Origin: Bdellovibrionota bacterium
GTDB taxonomy: Bacteria > Bdellovibrionota_C > UBA2361 > JBGSMV01
Assembly (NCBI GenBank): GCA_041739995.1
Contig: JBGSMV010000031.1
Location: forward strand, 96,001-160,000
Direction of reading: 5' to 3'
Length of the DNA stretch: 64,000 bases
Position numbers and translations under genes: made by a program. The notes under the pieces are model-generated. The model ran no database searches, was not told the DNA's origin, and was given only the letters and a program-made list of their open reading frames with translations. Positions 60,496-64,000 of this stretch are shown here, piece after piece; position 1 is the stretch's first letter; each line of letters starts with the position of its first letter.

Positions 60496-62432
60496 TGTAT
60501 CCCCTCTGCTTGTGGCAGCCCGCCAACATCAATTCCACTCGATCGAGAACCATTTGTCTCGTCGAAGCTCTCTGCGATAACTGCATCACTACTGCCAAAG
60601 GACTGTGCTGAAGCTGCGGCTGCATCCAATTCTGAGAGCACTGGGGCAGCTTCCAACTCAGTAACCGCGCCCCGCTCAAACACCGCAACCTTAAACTGTC
60701 GACGTATCGCTCCATCAGGACGAATTTCTATGGTACCAGTCAGTCCCTCATAGGCACCCACTCGCCGTAGACCCTCATCAAACGGCGCGCTCTCAGCGCG
60801 GGCTCGACGCAGCCCTTCTAACACAAGCGCTCCCGCATCAAATCCCTGAGCGGCAAGAAAATCTGGGTCCACACCAAAACGTGAATGATAGCTGGCTTTA
60901 AACTTGGTGATGTCCGGTCGAGCGCTCGTATCGAGAAACGGGCTCACAAAAATCGAGCCTTCAAGTATCGCTCGAGATTGCTGCAATTCCGCGGCATTGT
61001 CCCAACTGGCGGTACCAATCGGACGCACTGTTCGCCCACCACCGACGTTAAGATAAGAGAAGAATCGAGCCGCGGTTTTGAGTGAATCAGGGAAGAAAAC
61101 CGCGTCTAGATTCTTCTCTCGAGCCTCTTGGGCTATAGCGAACAGCGCTGAAAAATCATCTCGCTGATAGGAGGCTTCCATCACTACCTGCAAGCCAAGA
61201 TCTTGGATGCGAGTGCGGAACAACGCAGCGAACTCCTCGCCCGCCGGATCAAGCGGGTAGACCACCGCATACCGAGAATATCCGAAACGGCGATGAACTC
61301 CGTCCACTAGAGAATCAACTTGACTCTCCGCTGTTGGTCCAAGGCGATACATCCCGTCACCAGCCTGGAAGTTACCGCTCTTTGCAAAAGACAACATGGG
61401 GCGCCTTTCGGACCGCATCAACTGACTGACCTGCACGGCCGCTTCGGTCAATAACGGGCCAAGTATCACCGTCGCGCTAGAAGAGTTTACTAACTCCCGT
61501 ACCGCAGTTACGGCTTGCAAGGCGTCGCCTGCATCGTCCCTCACTTCCATTGATACATCGGTAAGAGAATAGCCTTCGAATGCAAGCTCAATTCCCTGCT
61601 TGGTGGCTCGACCAAGCGAAGCGAACGGACCAGACAGTGGGAGAACCACGCCGACGATTGAGTGCGAACCAAGCTCTGGACCACTACCCAAAGAGCCGGC
61701 AGAACCGAGATTGGATTCAGATAGCCAGAATGGAAATTTATTGCTCGCCACAACATATCCGGCTTGCACACGACGACGACGTTCCTGACCAATAAGTGGA
61801 CGAATAAACGCATCTGTGCGCCAACGCTCAGTCAATTGGTAAAGCGGTGTATCCTCAACAGTGCGCAGCAATGTGCGAACTCCGAGGGAAGCTGATTCGG
61901 AAAGCCCCGCGGATTTTCCCACTCGATACGAACGGGCGAACCAAGCCAGGCTTTGATCAAGATCATTGAGGCGCCCATAGGCGTACCCAAACAGAAGACA
62001 CAGCCTCGGATCTACTTCCGCCTCGGCCTTACGTTCAGTCCTAAAATATCCGCTCAAAGTTTGGAGCGCCTCGCGAGCCCGGTCCAATGCTAATTCCGCA
62101 CTCGCAATTCGCACCACGGTCGCTTCGCGTTCAGCGGGTGAGAGTCGTCGAAGATCAATCGCTCGGTAGACCTTCAATCCTTGAGCTCGATCCCCTCGTC
62201 GAATAAACTCGTCGCCCTCAAGCAACATGCGATCGGTCAAAGGTGTACCCTTGAGATCTCGACCGAGGGCCCACACTTCCCATGGAAGTCGCTCACCTTG
62301 GTCAGCACTGGAGATGACTGGTCGTTCAGAAACCGGAGGAAGAGCCTCGCTGGAATAGCGCTCATGCGAACTCGAGCAGCTGATAAGGGCCAAAGTAAGA
62401 AAAATAAATAACGTTGTTCTAAATATGCCCAT
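60492..62432 (-). CDS. LppC/LpoA-like lipoprotein (TPR region plus type I periplasmic-binding fold)
   Basis: Lipobox LISC, TPR-like helices, VGVVLPLSG, ILGPL, AAQGFD and YEGLTG motifs. Confidence 0.8.
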   Translation of the reverse strand: MGIFRTTLFIFLTLALISCSSSHERYSSEALPPVSERPVISSADQGERLPWEVWALGRDLKGTPLTDRMLLEGDEFIRRGDRAQGLKVYRAIDLRRLSPAEREATVVRIASAELALDRAREALQTLSGYFRTERKAEAEVDPRLCLLFGYAYGRLNDLDQSLAWFARSYRVGKSAGLSESASLGVRTLLRTVEDTPLYQLTERWRTDAFIRPLIGQERRRRVQAGYVVASNKFPFWLSESNLGSAGSLGSGPELGSHSIVGVVLPLSGPFASLGRATKQGIELAFEGYSLTDVSMEVRDDAGDALQAVTAVRELVNSSSATVILGPLLTEAAVQVSQLMRSERRPMLSFAKSGNFQAGDGMYRLGPTAESQVDSLVDGVHRRFGYSRYAVVYPLDPAGEEFAALFRTRIQDLGLQVVMEASYQRDDFSALFAIAQEAREKNLDAVFFPDSLKTAARFFSYLNVGGGRTVRPIGTASWDNAAELQQSRAILEGSIFVSPFLDTSARPDITKFKASYHSRFGVDPDFLAAQGFDAGALVLEGLRRARAESAPFDEGLRRVGAYEGLTGTIEIRPDGAIRRQFKVAVFERGAVTELEAAPVLSELDAAAASAQSFGSSDAVIAESFDETNGSRSSGIDVGGLPQAEGIQ

Positions 62433-62874
62433 GATTTCCGTGCTACTGGATGCAACGCCGCTTGAGAAGCTTGGCTCGTAGCCCCCTTTCGACATGTCGC
62501 CCATTATCTTTTTCTACGTTTAACTCGCTAGTTATGCGCTACTTCTCCCCGTAGCCCTTCCCACAGTTCGAATGAGGTCGTTTTCGCGCACTAAAAGTTA
62601 GATACACTTCAATGGCCTCAAGATAGCGCCATCTTTACAAAGCTTTCTAGCGGCCTTCTTTAGATGCTTCGCCTCGCATGGCAAATCGACCTCTCCCTGG
62701 GGCGGCATTAAACAAAACTCTCTATCAATTTGGGAGTGTGCGAGCGTCTTTTCGCCTCATAGCAACACCCTTTGAGTCCCCCACAGGAACCTAAAGCCTT
62801 CCGCGAAGGCAAAAATCCGCGTACTGTTTCCCGACTGTGCCGACAAAGCGAATTTATTGCGAGGTGTTATCAAA

Positions 62875-63672
62875 ATGAAGCGACCTTTTATCCACATCGT
62901 AGCGACGCTCCTATTGCTCGGCTTCTTGTCCTCTTGCGGCGGAGGAGGGGGTGGCTCCAGCGACAATGGAAACTCGGGAGACCTAAACACCAATACGTGC
63001 TCCACCCTCGGCCTTCAGCCACGAATTATTAACGGCACCGAATGCGACTCAACCGCCTCTCCCGTCGTTCGCATCGACCTACGACTCGCTGGCAATGCTT
63101 CAGCCATTTGCTCGGGTACGATGATAACTCCGACTCACGTCCTCTCTGCAGGACACTGCTTCCCGCCTGAGACTCGCTCCGCTTTTATTACTGCAAATAA
63201 TAACCGCATCGACGGGATCCGGTTCTTTCGGCATCCAGGCTACACAGAGACCAATCAAGCTCTTTTTAAAGACGTCGCAGTATTAGAACTTGAAGCACCT
63301 GCAAATCTTCCTACAGTGCCAGTTTTGCTGAGTCAGCCGGTGACCGACGGCGATGATATCCAGATCTTTGGCTTCGGTACTACCGAGTCAGGAACCCTAG
63401 GTGAGCTTTTCAGCGGGGAGATGCGTGTGTCTGCAGTAACCCAAGATCACCTGATTACTTCTTTCAACGGGAACGGGAGCAACACCTGCACCGGCGACTC
63501 GGGCGGTCCAGCGCTCCTCACAGTGAACGGCACGGTGGGCATTGTCGGACTTACTTCTTCAGGCTTTAGAGAAGATTGTAGTGCGGGCGATACCAGTCTC
63601 TTTGCGAATATGCAGAGCGATGATTACATTGGATTCGTTCGCTCGGTTGCACCAGGGGTGCAGACGAACTAA
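62875..63672 (+). CDS. Trypsin-like (S1) serine protease lipoprotein
   Basis: Lipobox LSSC, R-IING, CSGT, SAGHC, DVAV and GDSGGP motifs. Confidence 0.92.
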   Translation: MKRPFIHIVATLLLLGFLSSCGGGGGGSSDNGNSGDLNTNTCSTLGLQPRIINGTECDSTASPVVRIDLRLAGNASAICSGTMITPTHVLSAGHCFPPETRSAFITANNNRIDGIRFFRHPGYTETNQALFKDVAVLELEAPANLPTVPVLLSQPVTDGDDIQIFGFGTTESGTLGELFSGEMRVSAVTQDHLITSFNGNGSNTCTGDSGGPALLTVNGTVGIVGLTSSGFREDCSAGDTSLFANMQSDDYIGFVRSVAPGVQTN

Positions 63673-63893
63673 TTCTGAGCATCAAGGCTACCTCTCTTCA
63701 CAAATGCATGGATGCATAAATAGCGTTAAGTCCGCGGTCGTAGCTGCAAATTATTTGATAACGCGGGGGGACGCAGAGGACTCGGAGAAGAATAGGGAAC
63801 ATTCATTCCACCCTAATCAGCGGAGAATCTTTCCTCATGCTGTATTGCTGTTGTCCCGAGCAAAGGTGCGATGGTTCTCAAAAAAATAATAGC

Positions 63894-64000
63894 TCAACCA
63901 AACATCTCTTTGACTTTATCAAAGAATCCCTTCTCGTCGGTGCCTTCTTTGACCTCAAGATCTCTCAATTGTTCCATGAGCTGTTTTCGCTCAGAGGAAA
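63894..64000 (-). CDS. dnaJ: C-terminal end of molecular chaperone DnaJ (partial)
   Basis: Manual translation SSERKQLMEQLRDLEVKEGTDEKGFFDKVKEMFG*; a GFFDKVK..F tail is typical of DnaJ. Confidence 0.75.
   Translation of the reverse strand, partial: SSERKQLMEQLRDLEVKEGTDEKGFFDKVKEMFG

Noticed and set aside
62820..62846. GCCGACAA as a sigma-28 -10 element for the second protease
   Set aside because: No -35 element at the correct spacing.

Overview
A gene-dense, mostly housekeeping window from a Gram-negative bacterium. The gene mix (kds/lpt genes, lipoprotein trypsins, paired motB genes) suggests a Deltaproteobacteria/Bdellovibrionota-like lineage, which is an inference. It holds LPS/Kdo genes (lptA partial, lptC, kdsA, kdsB, kdsD, lpxL-like), pyrG, pcnB, tRNA-Glu(CTC), pdxST, rnhA, hisS, corA, nadB, ssb, lon, the dnaJ 3' end, paaABCD, a GT3 glycogen synthase, a flagellin plus a flagellin-like derivative, a four-gene minor pilin cluster and a Phd-VapC toxin-antitoxin pair. 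There is no CRISPR array, rRNA, integrase or transposase. Main observations: (1) a block between kdsB and pyrG encodes a non-canonical stator, with one MotB lacking the essential Asp, a MotA with an E98-equivalent charge reversal, and a convergent membrane-anchored SRP-family pseudo-GTPase; (2) three or four families of CTAG-bounded MITE-like elements sit on TAG stop codons and stack on each other, and one inverted pair brackets the mot operon; (3) a sigma-28-like promoter motif is shared by the flagellin, the pilin operon and a secreted protease; (4) the TA cassette is bounded by a 42-bp duplication of a protease gene's 3' end; (5) a divergent Leu/Phe dehydrogenase-like gene leads the paa genes. 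All calls were made by eye from motifs, with no database searches.
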